From NCBI GenBank assembly GCA_964459835.1, contig CAYWPA010000004.1:7765-71764 (forward strand): DNA of 64,000 nucleotides. The letters are read 5' to 3'. This document shows, one piece after another, positions 34,192 through 43,994 of the stretch (position 1 is its first letter; each line of letters opens with the position of its first letter). Made by a program: the position numbers and the translations under genes. The notes under the pieces are model-generated. The model was not told where the DNA came from and made no database searches. It saw only the letters and a program-made list of their open reading frames with translations. Origin of the DNA: an uncultured Methanosarcinales archaeon (GTDB lineage Archaea > Nanobdellota > Nanobdellia > Woesearchaeales > UBA12501).

Positions 34192-34974
34192 TTACATCAT
34201 AGCTGTCTTATAGTCTTCTGTGCAATAATGCTTTTCATCTTTTATCTTTGGGATAACATCAAGCAGAATTCTTTTTACATTTTCTGCATTTTTCTTCATT
34301 GTTGCCATTATTTTTTCAATATTGACTTCTTCTCCCTCTTTCCAGCAGTCATAATCAGTTGACATTGCAATTGCAGCATAATGCATTCCTGCTTCCCTTG
34401 CCAAAACTGCTTCAGGAACAGTTGTCATGTTTATTGTGTCTGCATTCAACTGCCTAAACATCTTGCTTTCTGCTTTTGTTGAAAACCTAGGGCCTTCAAT
34501 TGTTATCATTGTCCCTTTTTTATGGTGCGGAATGCTCAATGAGTTTGCAGATTCGCTTAGAAGTTTCCTCAGGCTGCTGCAGAATGGCTCTGCCATTGGA
34601 ATGTGCATGACTTTGTCTTTGTCATAGAATGTTTGATTTCTTTTTGTTGTCCTGTCGATGAACTGGTCAATAAAAATCAAATCTCCTGGCTTTATTTCTT
34701 CTTTTAATGAGCCGCATGCTGTTGGAGCTATTATGTGGGTTACTCCTAATTCTTTCATTGCCCATATATTGGCCCTGTAGTTGACATTTGTTGGGTTTAA
34801 CCTATGGCCCTCTCCATGCCTTTTGATTATGACAACATCTACTCCTTTGTATGTTCCTGTGATTAGTTCATCAGAAGGCTCTCCGTAAGGAGTTTTCTGC
34901 TTTATTCTTTTTGCATTTTCAAGAATTTTGGGATTATCTACCCCACTACCGCCTATTATGCCAACTTTGACCAT
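34192..34974 (-). CDS. mtnP: S-methyl-5'-thioadenosine phosphorylase
   Basis: [15 protein letters not shown] family motifs (RHGEGH, TTVPE). Confidence 0.88.
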   Translation of the reverse strand: MVKVGIIGGSGVDNPKILENAKRIKQKTPYGEPSDELITGTYKGVDVVIIKRHGEGHRLNPTNVNYRANIWAMKELGVTHIIAPTACGSLKEEIKPGDLIFIDQFIDRTTKRNQTFYDKDKVMHIPMAEPFCSSLRKLLSESANSLSIPHHKKGTMITIEGPRFSTKAESKMFRQLNADTINMTTVPEAVLAREAGMHYAAIAMSTDYDCWKEGEEVNIEKIMATMKKNAENVKRILLDVIPKIKDEKHYCTEDYKTAMM

Positions 34975-35013
34975 AAAAGCTGGAGAATTGGTGTATTTAT
35001 ATTATTTGCTGTG

Positions 35014-35526
35014 TTATCCTTTATGCCCGTTAGGCTTGTACCCTATTGTTGCAATGTGGCATCTGTGCTCTAAGCCCCATCTTGTATCCTTTGAAATGAC
35101 AATATCATCTACAAGATGCCCGTTTCCTGTTTTTTGTGGCAGAAAGGCCAGTGTGTATACTGTGCCAGGTATCTCAAGGGCTGGGCCAGGCAAATAAAGC
35201 TCAGAAGTCTGCAACTCGCTTCCGATATGGCTTCTTATTTTTTCAAAATGCGGCAGCAAACAGCCTTCTATTGTTTTCATAACCTCATGGCTAAAATAAA
35301 AAAAATTTAGATGTTCTTTTTTTATATCTTTTCTTTCCCAGCACCTTTCATCTTTCAACCTGATTTTTGGTGTGCTACTCTCTGCAAACAACCATCCTAC
35401 ATCATGCGGTATTTCATTCAAAAAATCAAAAGAATCAGGCATGAATGAGAAAAATTCAACAACATGAACAGCAGTATTGTAAAATATATTTTTTCCATGT
35501 ATATCATATGGATGATATCCGCTCAT
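35014..35526 (-). CDS. Hypothetical protein (170 aa)
   Basis: Intact ORF between the ZPR1 and MTAP genes on the same strand (gaps of 5 and 39 nt). Confidence 0.5.
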   Translation of the reverse strand: MSGYHPYDIHGKNIFYNTAVHVVEFFSFMPDSFDFLNEIPHDVGWLFAESSTPKIRLKDERCWERKDIKKEHLNFFYFSHEVMKTIEGCLLPHFEKIRSHIGSELQTSELYLPGPALEIPGTVYTLAFLPQKTGNGHLVDDIVISKDTRWGLEHRCHIATIGYKPNGHKG

Positions 35527-35531
35527 TTTAA

Positions 35532-36080
35532 TTATAATTTGCTCTTCACTGCTTTGTCAGAGATTATGGCAGAGTTGCCTGTTTTGTCTTCTATAATCAT
35601 CTTAAGCTTCTCCTGGCCCCATATTACTTTGTTTAGTTTTTTAAGAAGATTCTTTGCTTTCTTTCTCTCATCCTCATCATCTGCGTTGTCTCTTGCGACC
35701 TCTATCTGATGCTTTACTCTATTCAAAATGCCTTCTATATTTGTCACGTATCCATTAGAATTTGGGCCGCCTTCAATTGTTACAATATGAGGGAGCTTTA
35801 CGGTTGCCTCGCCTGACTTTATTACTCTTACTTTCATGTCCTCTTCAGAGCTTATCTCAAAAGTGTATTTGCATGGCTCTTTGCCTTCCATTGACTCAAC
35901 ATCTGCTTTGTGGTATTTGCATTCAGAACAAGACATTGAAAAAACATAAAGCTTGCCAAAATAAGGCACTTCAATTTCTTTTTCTGTCAAAGTTAAAGTG
36001 TTGTTCTTGCATACGGGGCACGGCTGCCCTGCAAGCACATTCATCTCAGGCCCAATTTCCCCTGTTTCTTCTTTTGCCAT
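35532..36080 (-). CDS. ZPR1-type zinc finger protein
   Basis: CPVCKNNTL...VPYFGKLYVFSMSCSECKY plus a beta-rich ZPR1 domain. Confidence 0.8.
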   Translation of the reverse strand: MAKEETGEIGPEMNVLAGQPCPVCKNNTLTLTEKEIEVPYFGKLYVFSMSCSECKYHKADVESMEGKEPCKYTFEISSEEDMKVRVIKSGEATVKLPHIVTIEGGPNSNGYVTNIEGILNRVKHQIEVARDNADDEDERKKAKNLLKKLNKVIWGQEKLKMIIEDKTGNSAIISDKAVKSKL

Positions 36081-36133
36081 GAATAAAAATATCAGAAATA
36101 GATATTTAAAGCTTTCGTTAAAGAAAAATGATT

Positions 36134-36568
36134 TTAGTAGTCGTATTCTTCAAGCTGTTTAGGCGCTGCTCTTGTAATAACACTGGCTTCAGGCTGCTGC
36201 TTTGATGGAGCCCTGTGGATTTGCGCAAATGAAGGAGTTATGCATATCCAGTCTTCTCCAAATCCTGCTATATCTCCATTGATTGCATCGCATGTTTTCT
36301 TTAATTTATTTATTGCCCTTTTCAGCTCTACTAAATCCTGGTCTTTTAATGGCTTTATATTTATGAAAGCAATTGTGTATCCTTCCCTTAGGGAGTCAAG
36401 AATTCCTTTTGTATCAGAAAAATCTTCAAGCGTGTAGTTTTTTACATTGATTTTGGAATTTCTGGATTCAGGCTCTGAGGACAACTCAACATATCCTTCT
36501 TCAAGATCATCAGGAATATCATCAGAACCAGTCATTCTTTCCTTAATTCTCATGAAAAATGATTTCAT
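36134..36568 (-). CDS. sepF: Cell division protein SepF
   Basis: ...TIAFINIKPLKDQDLVELKRAINKLKKTCDAINGDIAGFGEDWICITP. Start at the ATG preceded by GAGGAGGT. Confidence 0.75.
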   Translation of the reverse strand: MKSFFMRIKERMTGSDDIPDDLEEGYVELSSEPESRNSKINVKNYTLEDFSDTKGILDSLREGYTIAFINIKPLKDQDLVELKRAINKLKKTCDAINGDIAGFGEDWICITPSFAQIHRAPSKQQPEASVITRAAPKQLEEYDY

Positions 36569-36689
36569 CTTGTACCTCCTCAACAATCAGTATAATCTCT
36601 CATATCTATACATCTATATAAATGTTTCTATTTACCGACCTAGATACTAGTGCAAAAGCTTTATAAATGGCGTTTAATTCCTTTATAGC

Positions 36690-36887
36690 ATGGGAAGGAT
36701 AAAAACAAAGCTTGTAAAAAGGATAACTTATGAATTGATTAGTGAACATCCTGAAGAGTTTACCGCAGAGTTTAGGGAAAACGGAAAAATAGCTGAAAAG
36801 TATGTTGATTTCCCTTCCAAAAAGCTTAGAAACACTGTAGCAGGTTATGTGACAAGGATAGTAAAGAAGCAAAAAGAGACTGCATAA
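36690..36887 (+). CDS. rps17e: 30S ribosomal protein S17e
   Basis: MGRIKTKLVKRITYELI. Confidence 0.9.
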   Translation: MGRIKTKLVKRITYELISEHPEEFTAEFRENGKIAEKYVDFPSKKLRNTVAGYVTRIVKKQKETA

Positions 36888-36900
36888 GGGGGACAGCAGT

Positions 36901-37182
36901 ATGGCAGACGATAACTCAATATTTATTGGCGACAAGCCTTTTATGAACTATGTTACAGGCGTAGTAATGCAGTTCACAACAAAAGGCGCTGAAGAAGTAA
37001 TAGTAAAAGCCCGCGGGAAATTCATTTCAAGGGCAGTTGATGTTTCAGAGGTTGCAGCAAAAAGGTTTCTGGACAACACAATTGAGCCTAGGGGGATCAA
37101 GATTGATTCAGAGGAATTCACAAACAAAGAAGGCAAAGCAGTCAGGGTTTCAATAATTGAGATAACGCTTGTAAAAAAATGA
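36901..37182 (+). CDS. albA: DNA/RNA-binding protein Alba
   Basis: IFIGDKPFMNYVTGVVMQF...VIVKARGKFISRAVDVSEV. Confidence 0.92.
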   Translation: MADDNSIFIGDKPFMNYVTGVVMQFTTKGAEEVIVKARGKFISRAVDVSEVAAKRFLDNTIEPRGIKIDSEEFTNKEGKAVRVSIIEITLVKK

Positions 37183-37319
37183 TAACAGTAAAAGAAGTGA
37201 TAATATTTCTTCTGATTTTTGCAATAATTGTTTTTTTGGCTTTGGCTTACTGGAAGTATCTGCGAAAGCCTGCAGAGTATATTTGGGTTGGGGATGGCAA
37301 AAACCCTTTCAAGAAGTAA
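37179..37319 (+). CDS. Small single-TM protein (46 aa)
   Basis: ATGA overlap with the albA stop. MITVKEVIIFLLIFAIIVFLALAYWKYLRK... Confidence 0.35.
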   Translation: MITVKEVIIFLLIFAIIVFLALAYWKYLRKPAEYIWVGDGKNPFKK

Positions 37320-37328
37320 TTTTTGCAT

Positions 37329-37344
37329 AACTTTTTATAAATAA
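37329..37344 (+). promoter_or_regulatory. TATA-like box for tRNA-Arg
   Basis: AACTTTTTATAAATAA is centred about 27 nt upstream of the tRNA 5' end. Confidence 0.5.
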
Positions 37345-37363
37345 TTCCTATTAATTACTTTTT

Positions 37364-37437
37364 GGGCCCTTAGTTTAGCCTGGATAGAACAGCTGGCTTC
37401 GGACCAGCAGACAGGGGTTCGAATCCTCTAGGGCCCG
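37364..37437 (+). tRNA. tRNA-Arg (anticodon UCG)
   Basis: GGGCCCT acceptor, anticodon stem GCTGG/CCAGC, loop CTTCGGA, T-arm AGGGG-TTCGAAT-CCTCT. 74 nt. Confidence 0.9.
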
Positions 37438-37483
37438 TACTTTTTAAAAATGTTCCTTAAATCCTATACAATTCCGTACCCAT

Positions 37484-37497
37484 AACCTTTATAAACC
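37484..37497 (+). promoter_or_regulatory. BRE/TATA-like box
   Basis: AACCTTTATAAACC lies about 27 nt upstream of the ATG at 37521. Confidence 0.45.
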
Positions 37498-37520
37498 ACC
37501 TTTTTTATCCAATTCTTAAA

Positions 37521-38102
37521 ATGGACTTTTCAGCAGTAGTGACATATTTTGTTGGTTTTGGGCTGAGCCATGTATGGCTGAGCGTATTGTTCATAATTTC
37601 TATACTGCTTATTACAGCATTGTTTACATTTTATCCGACAAAGAAAGCCTTGATTAACCTGCTTATTTTAGCAGGCCCTCCTATGGCTTATTCTTTGTTT
37701 AAGCTGGCTGTTTATCTGTTCTACAAGCTATATCAGCCAGGAATACCAAGAGATTATACTCTTGCTCTGGAGCTGTTGTTCTCTTTATGGGCAGTATATA
37801 TCTTTTCATTAGTATTGTCATTGGAAATCAAAGACATGAACAAGAAAAAAGTAAGCATAACAAAATACGGGATTGTCATTGCTTTTGTTTTTGGCTATAT
37901 AGGTGGACTGTTAAGGGAAGTAATTTACTTTTATCCAAAATTCTCAGATGCACCAATAATTATGCTATGGCCTTATATTTTGGGCATAACAACACTAATT
38001 GCTTTGTTTATAGCAGGAATGCATTTCATGGCAATTTTGCTTGCAGAAACATGCAAAAAAGTCGAGTCAGGCAGGATAGGCGGAAGGATGGAGTCTACAT
38101 AA
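37521..38102 (+). CDS. Multi-pass membrane protein, unknown function
   Basis: Six predicted TM helices. Confidence 0.55.
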   Translation: MDFSAVVTYFVGFGLSHVWLSVLFIISILLITALFTFYPTKKALINLLILAGPPMAYSLFKLAVYLFYKLYQPGIPRDYTLALELLFSLWAVYIFSLVLSLEIKDMNKKKVSITKYGIVIAFVFGYIGGLLREVIYFYPKFSDAPIIMLWPYILGITTLIALFIAGMHFMAILLAETCKKVESGRIGGRMEST

Positions 38103-38276
38103 AATGACTATAATAAGATTAGAAGGGGATGAATGCCCTTTATTATTTGGAAAATGGAAACCTTTTTTGTTCGAACATTTAAGTGAAAGCATCCATGACT
38201 TAACCCAACACTAGGCCAATGGTACTTTCCAAACGCTTATGATCCGGAAAAGTTATTTGAGCCAAAAATTCTTGAG

Positions 38277-38828
38277 ATGTACAAAGACGCTAAAAAATAC
38301 ATTGGCGAAAGAGTCCCGTCAATCGAAATTGATGACCATTCTTCTTTTACAAGAAAAACAAGTTTTGATGTAACAGTTGATAAAGAAAACACAGAAGAAG
38401 GAAATGCTGTTGCTCGAGATATTCATACTTCATTAGACAGTCATTTAAGAAGTGAATTTGGTTTAGAATCTGAAAATTTTAAAGGAGGCGAAACCGGCGA
38501 TTCAATAATTTTAGGCTTGTCTAATAGTGTTTACTTTGTTACGCACAGCCCATTCAACAACAACTATGATGCTGGCTCTTTAGCCATGGAAGTTGTTTCA
38601 AGAGAAAATGGCGATATGGGAAGCCATGATGCTGTTGTTCAGGCTTGCTTTAGGCACATAAATAAAGATTATGCCAATAAGTTATTAGCATTTGATGGAA
38701 AAGTTATATCTGTAGGGGCTTCAGGGGATGGAAGCAGATGGGGTATAGACTTATCTGGTACAAAGCTTCCTCCTAAACTTGAGCTTCCATGGGTTGCTGA
38801 ACCCAAATATTTAAAAACCTCCAATTAA
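38277..38828 (+). CDS. Hypothetical protein (183 aa), possibly the 3' part of a frameshifted gene starting at 38104
   Basis: Intact ORF. A 36-codon ORF (38104-38214) starts 1 nt after the previous stop and overlaps the open upstream part of this frame. Confidence 0.5.
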   Translation: MYKDAKKYIGERVPSIEIDDHSSFTRKTSFDVTVDKENTEEGNAVARDIHTSLDSHLRSEFGLESENFKGGETGDSIILGLSNSVYFVTHSPFNNNYDAGSLAMEVVSRENGDMGSHDAVVQACFRHINKDYANKLLAFDGKVISVGASGDGSRWGIDLSGTKLPPKLELPWVAEPKYLKTSN

Positions 38829-38839
38829 ACTTCTTTCTA

Positions 38840-40264
38840 ATGGATGATAAGGGAATAACTGTAAAAAAAGAAGGGGATTTTGGAGAATGGTTCAGCCAGC
38901 TTCTTGTAAAAGCAGAGCTTATGGACTATACTGATGTTTCTGGATGCTATGTCTACAGGCCTGCGTGCTATGAGCTATGGGAAAGAGTCCAGGAATATAT
39001 GGATCCAAGGCTGAAGAATTTGGGAGTGAGGAATGCTTATTTTCCATTGTTCATTCCAGAGAAGCTTCTGAAAAAAGAGGCAAAGCATGTTGAAGGCTTT
39101 ACTCCAGAGGTTGCATGGGTCACTGAATCAGGGCAGAGCAAGTTAAGCGAAAGGATTGCCATAAGGCCTACTTCAGAAACAATAATGTATGACTCTTATT
39201 CAAAGTGGATAAAGAGCCATAGAGACTTGCCAATAAAAATAAACCAGTGGAATAATGTTGTAAGATGGGAGTTCAAAAACCCCGTTCCATTAATAAGAAG
39301 CAGAGAATTTCTCTGGCAGGAAGGCCATTCTGCCCACTCAAATCAAAATGATGCAGAGAATGAAATTATAGATATTCTGAATATTTATGCAGATGTTTTT
39401 GAAAAATTGTATGCAGTTCCTGTGATAAAGGGAAGAAAGACAGACTCAGAAAAATTTGCAGGTGCTGACAAGACATTGAGTGTTGAGACATTTGTTCCAA
39501 ACGGAAGGGCTGTTCAGGGAGGAACAAGCCATCTGCTAGGACAGAATTTTGCAAAATCATTCAACATTACTTATTTTGACAAGGATGAAAAAAAGCAGCA
39601 TGTATGGCAGACAAGCTGGGGAATTTCAACAAGGTCTTTGGGAGTTATGATAATGATGCACTCCGACAACAAAGGGCTGGTTCTTCCTCCTTCTATTGCA
39701 AGCACAAAAATTGTAATTGTCCCCATATTTTTTGAAAAAACAAAAGAAGAGGTCCTGAAAAAGGCATACTATGTCGCAAAGCTGCTTGGGAATATTGAGC
39801 TAAAAGTTGATGACAGGACAGAATGCTCTCCAGGGTGGAAGTTCAATGAATGGGAGATGAGGGGAATTCCTATAAGGATTGAAATAGGGCCTAAAGACCT
39901 GGAAATGGGGCAGGTTACAATAGTAAGGAGGGATACAGGCAAAAAGACAGCAGTTCCTACAAAAGATGCCAAAAAAGAAGTTGATAAGCAGCTGAAATTG
40001 ATGCAGAAAGAGCTTTATGACAAAGCCTTGAAGCTTAGGGAAGACAATACAGCAAATGCAAAGGACATGAAAGAGCTGAAGAAGCATATCGATGAGAAAA
40101 AGCTTGTCTTTACAAACTGGTGTGGGCATAGGGACTGTGAAAACAAGATTGGAGAAACAAGTGCAAAGATATTATGCATTCCTTTTGACAAAAAATCTTC
40201 AGGAAGCTGCATTGTATGCAATAAAAAAGCCATGCATCCTGTTTACATTGCAAGAAGCTACTAG
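38840..40264 (+). CDS. proS: Proline--tRNA ligase (archaeal/eukaryotic type)
   Basis: Class II motifs, C-terminal zinc-binding domain ending ...VYIARSY. Confidence 0.95.
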   Translation: MDDKGITVKKEGDFGEWFSQLLVKAELMDYTDVSGCYVYRPACYELWERVQEYMDPRLKNLGVRNAYFPLFIPEKLLKKEAKHVEGFTPEVAWVTESGQSKLSERIAIRPTSETIMYDSYSKWIKSHRDLPIKINQWNNVVRWEFKNPVPLIRSREFLWQEGHSAHSNQNDAENEIIDILNIYADVFEKLYAVPVIKGRKTDSEKFAGADKTLSVETFVPNGRAVQGGTSHLLGQNFAKSFNITYFDKDEKKQHVWQTSWGISTRSLGVMIMMHSDNKGLVLPPSIASTKIVIVPIFFEKTKEEVLKKAYYVAKLLGNIELKVDDRTECSPGWKFNEWEMRGIPIRIEIGPKDLEMGQVTIVRRDTGKKTAVPTKDAKKEVDKQLKLMQKELYDKALKLREDNTANAKDMKELKKHIDEKKLVFTNWCGHRDCENKIGETSAKILCIPFDKKSSGSCIVCNKKAMHPVYIARSY

Positions 40265-40265
40265 G

Positions 40266-40862
40266 CTAGAATTTTTTTAATATTTCCTTAAACTCATCAG
40301 AGACTTCTGAAGCAACAGACAAGCATGCCCTCTGCGCAACAGTGTAATCATCTGCAAAGCTTATGACAAGAAGGTTGTTTTTCTTTAGCTCAAAATCATT
40401 CTCAAGGTAATCAAATGACTTATCATAGTCAACAGCGGGAAACTTCAATCCTGAATCATAATGCAGAATCAATGCTCCATCAGCGCCTTCTTTTATTGCC
40501 CTGTCTCTTAAAGCAACATCAAAATCAATCTTTTTGCTTGTTTTCAGATGCATTGCAATGCTCTTCTTAGTATCATACTCTCTTAGTACAATCTGCCTCG
40601 GAGCTGTAACAAGCTGGTTTATCTTTTCCCTGAATTCCTTTCCCTTCCTTGTAAGGATATGGCCTTTTTGCGTTGAATCAATAAACTTCCTTGCCTTCAG
40701 CAAGCCTAGAACAGTCCTTGCTGTTCCCTCTCCTATGCCAACATTCTTTACAATATCAAGCCTGCTTGTGCTGTCATTTACATACAAAAAGCTCAGAAAA
40801 ACATCCATGTTGTCGTATTTAGGCGTATTTCCTACCATATAAGCGGTTAAATTTATATACAT
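40266..40862 (-). CDS. Winged-helix DNA-binding protein with a C-terminal alpha/beta domain
   Basis: RLDIVKNVGIGEGTARTVLGLLKARKFI wHTH. Family (possibly DUF4443-like) not certain. Confidence 0.45.
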   Translation of the reverse strand: MYINLTAYMVGNTPKYDNMDVFLSFLYVNDSTSRLDIVKNVGIGEGTARTVLGLLKARKFIDSTQKGHILTRKGKEFREKINQLVTAPRQIVLREYDTKKSIAMHLKTSKKIDFDVALRDRAIKEGADGALILHYDSGLKFPAVDYDKSFDYLENDFELKKNNLLVISFADDYTVAQRACLSVASEVSDEFKEILKKF

Positions 40863-40892
40863 TTAAATATTTTCCGCAAAATAGCTGATTCA

Positions 40893-41573
40893 GTGGGTAT
40901 AAGGCTTATGAAAGTGCTTCACATGCATGCAGAAAGCGAATTTGACATAATCCCAGTAGTCAAAGCCATGCTTGAAAAAGAAAAGCCAAAGAAAAGGATT
41001 GTTCTGATTTCCACAATACAGGAGCTTGAAAAGCTGAAAGAGGCCAAGGAATACCTTGAAGAGCATGGGCATGAAGTGGAGATTGCGGGGCAAGCACTTG
41101 GATGCAGAATTCCAAATATAAAGAACCTAGAAGGGGCTACTGTAATGTATATTGGCTCTGGGAGATTCCATCCAAAAGGAATTGTTATGAAATACAAAGT
41201 AAACATTCTTTGCTGCAATCCTGAGACAATGAAGGTTTACAAGGAAACTGTTGAAGAGATAAGTGAGATAGAAAAAAGGAAAAAAGGCGCTTTGATGAAA
41301 TTTTTGTCTTCTGATATAATTGGTGTTTTGTTTTCTATCAAAAGCGGGCAAAGCATGGTACAGGGTGGAGAAAGGATGATAGAGCAGCTGGAAAGAAAAT
41401 ACCCTGAAAAGAAATTCTATGTTTTTGCAGTTGAAACCCTTGACTATAATTCTCTTCAGGATTTTCCGTTCATCCAATGCTGGATCAACACAATGTGCCC
41501 TAGGATTGGAAAAGATGACTCATTTAAGGTAAAGTCAATGATAAATATTGAGGACATCAAGGTGGAAGAATGA
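40893..41573 (+). CDS. dph2: Diphthamide synthesis Dph2-like radical-SAM enzyme lacking the N-terminal domain
   Basis: YIGSGRFHP, SIKSGQ, CPRIGKDD match Dph2 domains 2-3. 226 aa versus about 330-340. An upstream in-frame stop at 40848-40850 and the divergent gene start at 40862 exclude a longer N-terminus. Confidence 0.65.
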   Translation: MGIRLMKVLHMHAESEFDIIPVVKAMLEKEKPKKRIVLISTIQELEKLKEAKEYLEEHGHEVEIAGQALGCRIPNIKNLEGATVMYIGSGRFHPKGIVMKYKVNILCCNPETMKVYKETVEEISEIEKRKKGALMKFLSSDIIGVLFSIKSGQSMVQGGERMIEQLERKYPEKKFYVFAVETLDYNSLQDFPFIQCWINTMCPRIGKDDSFKVKSMINIEDIKVEE

Positions 41574-42034
41574 AGAAAGGAATATTTTTAAGTTTGTTTT
41601 TTGTTGGTTTTTTATTTTGTTTTATTTTTGTCTTGGGATGTGAAAAAACAAACAATGCAGATGAAATTGAAGAAAAAGTGATAATAACAATAAACAATAA
41701 CAAAATTATTGCTGAAGTTGCTGATGAGCCTCTTGAAAGGGAAATTGGATTGATGAACAGAACCAGCTTAGGCAAAAATAAAGGAATGCTGTTTGTCTTT
41801 GAGCAGGAAAATCCAGTGGCATTCTGGATGAAGGATACATTAATTCCGCTTGATATAATATTTGCAAATAAAGATATGGAAATAGTAGAGATAAGCGAAA
41901 ATCTTCAGCCTTGCAAAGAAGCCCCATGCCCAACATTTAAGGCTTATCCTGTCAAGTATGCTTTGGAAGTCAATGCGGGGTATGCAAAAGAGAAAGGCAT
42001 AAAAACAGGGGATAGATTAGAGGTAGAACAATGA
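41570..42034 (+). CDS. DUF192-domain secreted protein
   Basis: Signal/TM segment, REIGLMNR...GMLFVF...FWMKDTLIPLDIIF...YALEVNAG. Confidence 0.75.
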   Translation: MKKGIFLSLFFVGFLFCFIFVLGCEKTNNADEIEEKVIITINNNKIIAEVADEPLEREIGLMNRTSLGKNKGMLFVFEQENPVAFWMKDTLIPLDIIFANKDMEIVEISENLQPCKEAPCPTFKAYPVKYALEVNAGYAKEKGIKTGDRLEVEQ

Positions 42035-43251
42035 AAAAACCTGAATTATTGGCTCCAGTTGGAAACTTCATAATGCTAAGGGCTGCAATAGATGCAGGAG
42101 CAGATGCAGTATACTTTGGAAGCAAGTCCCTAAATATGAGAGGAAGCGCAAATAATTTTTATTTAGGGGAGATAAAGAAAGTTGTGGAAGAGTGCCATAA
42201 GAGCAAACTGAAGGCTTATTTGACTGTCAACACAATAGTTTATGAGCATGAGCTTGATTTTGTTAAAAAAACATTGGAAGCAGCAAAAACAGCAGGAGTA
42301 GATGCTGTAATCTGCTGGGATTTTGCTGTTATAGAAATATGCAAAGAGCTTGGCATTGAAGTCCACCTAAGCACACAGGTTTCTGTATCAAATTCCAAAG
42401 CAGCAAAGTTCTTCATGGATTTAGGGATAAAAAGGATTGTTTTTGCAAGGGAAGTTTCTCTTGAAGATATTAAAAAGATAAAAGAAAAATTACCGGAAGT
42501 TGAAGTAGAGGTGTTCGGGCATGGAGCTATGTGCGTTGCCCTTTCAGGAAGATGCTACATGACCCATGATGCTGTTGGGAAAAGTGCTAATAGGGGAGAC
42601 TGCCTGCAGAGCTGCAGAAGAGAATATAAAATAACTGATGTTGAAGGAGATTTTGAGTTCAATATGCAGACAGAGCTTGGGCAGACGTATATAATGTCCC
42701 CAAAAGACCTTAACACTATCTCATTTTTAGACAGGCTTTGCCCTTATATTGATGTCCTGAAAATTGAAGGAAGGGGAAAATCTCCGGAATATGTAAAAGA
42801 AGTTATTTCATGCTACAGGGAAGCCATTGATTCAGTTGAAAATGGAAGCTATTCAAGAGAAAAGACATTTGAATGGAATGAAAGGCTTACAAAAGTCCAT
42901 AATCGTGGATTTAACTCAGGATTTTACCTTGGAAAGCCTGTTGGGGACTGGACAACAGATTCCTATGGAAGCAAGGCAAAGCTAAAGAAAGAGTTTGTTG
43001 GCATTGTCAAGAATTTCTACAAAAAAGCAGGTGCTGCAGAGGTTTTATTGCAGGCAAGAAGCATTAAAGTCGGGGAGAACATAATGATCCAGGGAAACAA
43101 GACAGGAGTGCATGAGGAATTGATCGAGTCAATTCAGTTTGACAATAAAAGTATTGAAGTAGGAGAACAAGGCAAGAGTGTCGCTTTAAAATTAAGCAAG
43201 CCTGTAAGGGCAAACGATAAAGTATATGTAACTATTCCTAATTTACCTTGA
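42031..43251 (+). CDS. Peptidase U32 family protein
   Basis: KPELLAPVGN..., E.HGA.C...SGRC motif region. Confidence 0.85.
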   Translation: MKKPELLAPVGNFIMLRAAIDAGADAVYFGSKSLNMRGSANNFYLGEIKKVVEECHKSKLKAYLTVNTIVYEHELDFVKKTLEAAKTAGVDAVICWDFAVIEICKELGIEVHLSTQVSVSNSKAAKFFMDLGIKRIVFAREVSLEDIKKIKEKLPEVEVEVFGHGAMCVALSGRCYMTHDAVGKSANRGDCLQSCRREYKITDVEGDFEFNMQTELGQTYIMSPKDLNTISFLDRLCPYIDVLKIEGRGKSPEYVKEVISCYREAIDSVENGSYSREKTFEWNERLTKVHNRGFNSGFYLGKPVGDWTTDSYGSKAKLKKEFVGIVKNFYKKAGAAEVLLQARSIKVGENIMIQGNKTGVHEELIESIQFDNKSIEVGEQGKSVALKLSKPVRANDKVYVTIPNLP

Positions 43252-43839
43252 GCTGTCAGCCTGCCTTTCAAGCTCTAATTTCTTTGTAATTGCTATAGAA
43301 TTCATGCTCATATGTTTTGCATTTATAATCTCATCAACTAAGCAGTCAACAATTGATTTTTTAGAGTTAAATGATTTGTGAAATGAGCCTTGAGTCATAA
43401 TCTTCAATGCCATATCTATTCTTCTTTGCGGAGCGCATTCAACTGCTTTCGGATATCTTGCTCCTCCGTACTCAATTGTTATAATTTCTTCCCTTGGAGC
43501 TGCATTTTCAATTGCCTGAACAAAAACAGCAATAGGGTTTTCCTTTGTTTTCTGCTCTATTTTTTCAAAAACCTGCTCAACTATTTTGGCAGCATTAAGT
43601 GATTTTCCTGTTATATGGCCTGATGATTTAAAGTGCTTTTTTGCCTTGTGGCCTGGAACCATAAGCCTGTTTATAAGCCTTTCAACTATGAAAAGCCTTG
43701 ACTTGTGGAACCTGTTTCCGGCATATCTTGCCCCTGTTTTTGGGACAATCTTAGGCTCTAAAGAGATATAATCCTTAACCCCCAGATCAGTAACTACTAT
43801 TCCTTCTGTGCTCCATCTGTTAAATGCTTTAACTGCCAT
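43243..43839 (-). CDS. rps7: 30S ribosomal protein S7 (uS7)
   Basis: FNRWSTEGIVVTDLGVKDYI...IERLINRLM...RRIDMAL. No S12, EF-2 or NusA neighbours. Confidence 0.93.
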   Translation of the reverse strand: MAVKAFNRWSTEGIVVTDLGVKDYISLEPKIVPKTGARYAGNRFHKSRLFIVERLINRLMVPGHKAKKHFKSSGHITGKSLNAAKIVEQVFEKIEQKTKENPIAVFVQAIENAAPREEIITIEYGGARYPKAVECAPQRRIDMALKIMTQGSFHKSFNSKKSIVDCLVDEIINAKHMSMNSIAITKKLELERQADSSR

Positions 43840-43994
43840 TTTAAGCTTTGGAGAAATGGGGGCTTTATAAAGGTTTTGGGTTTTGATAATAAAAGAATAA
43901 TATAAAAGAATAATAATAAATTTATGCGCAGTAGCTTAATAGCAAACTAAAAACAATACTAAGTCCTGCTTATGCTAGAGAATCAGTGCCATTC

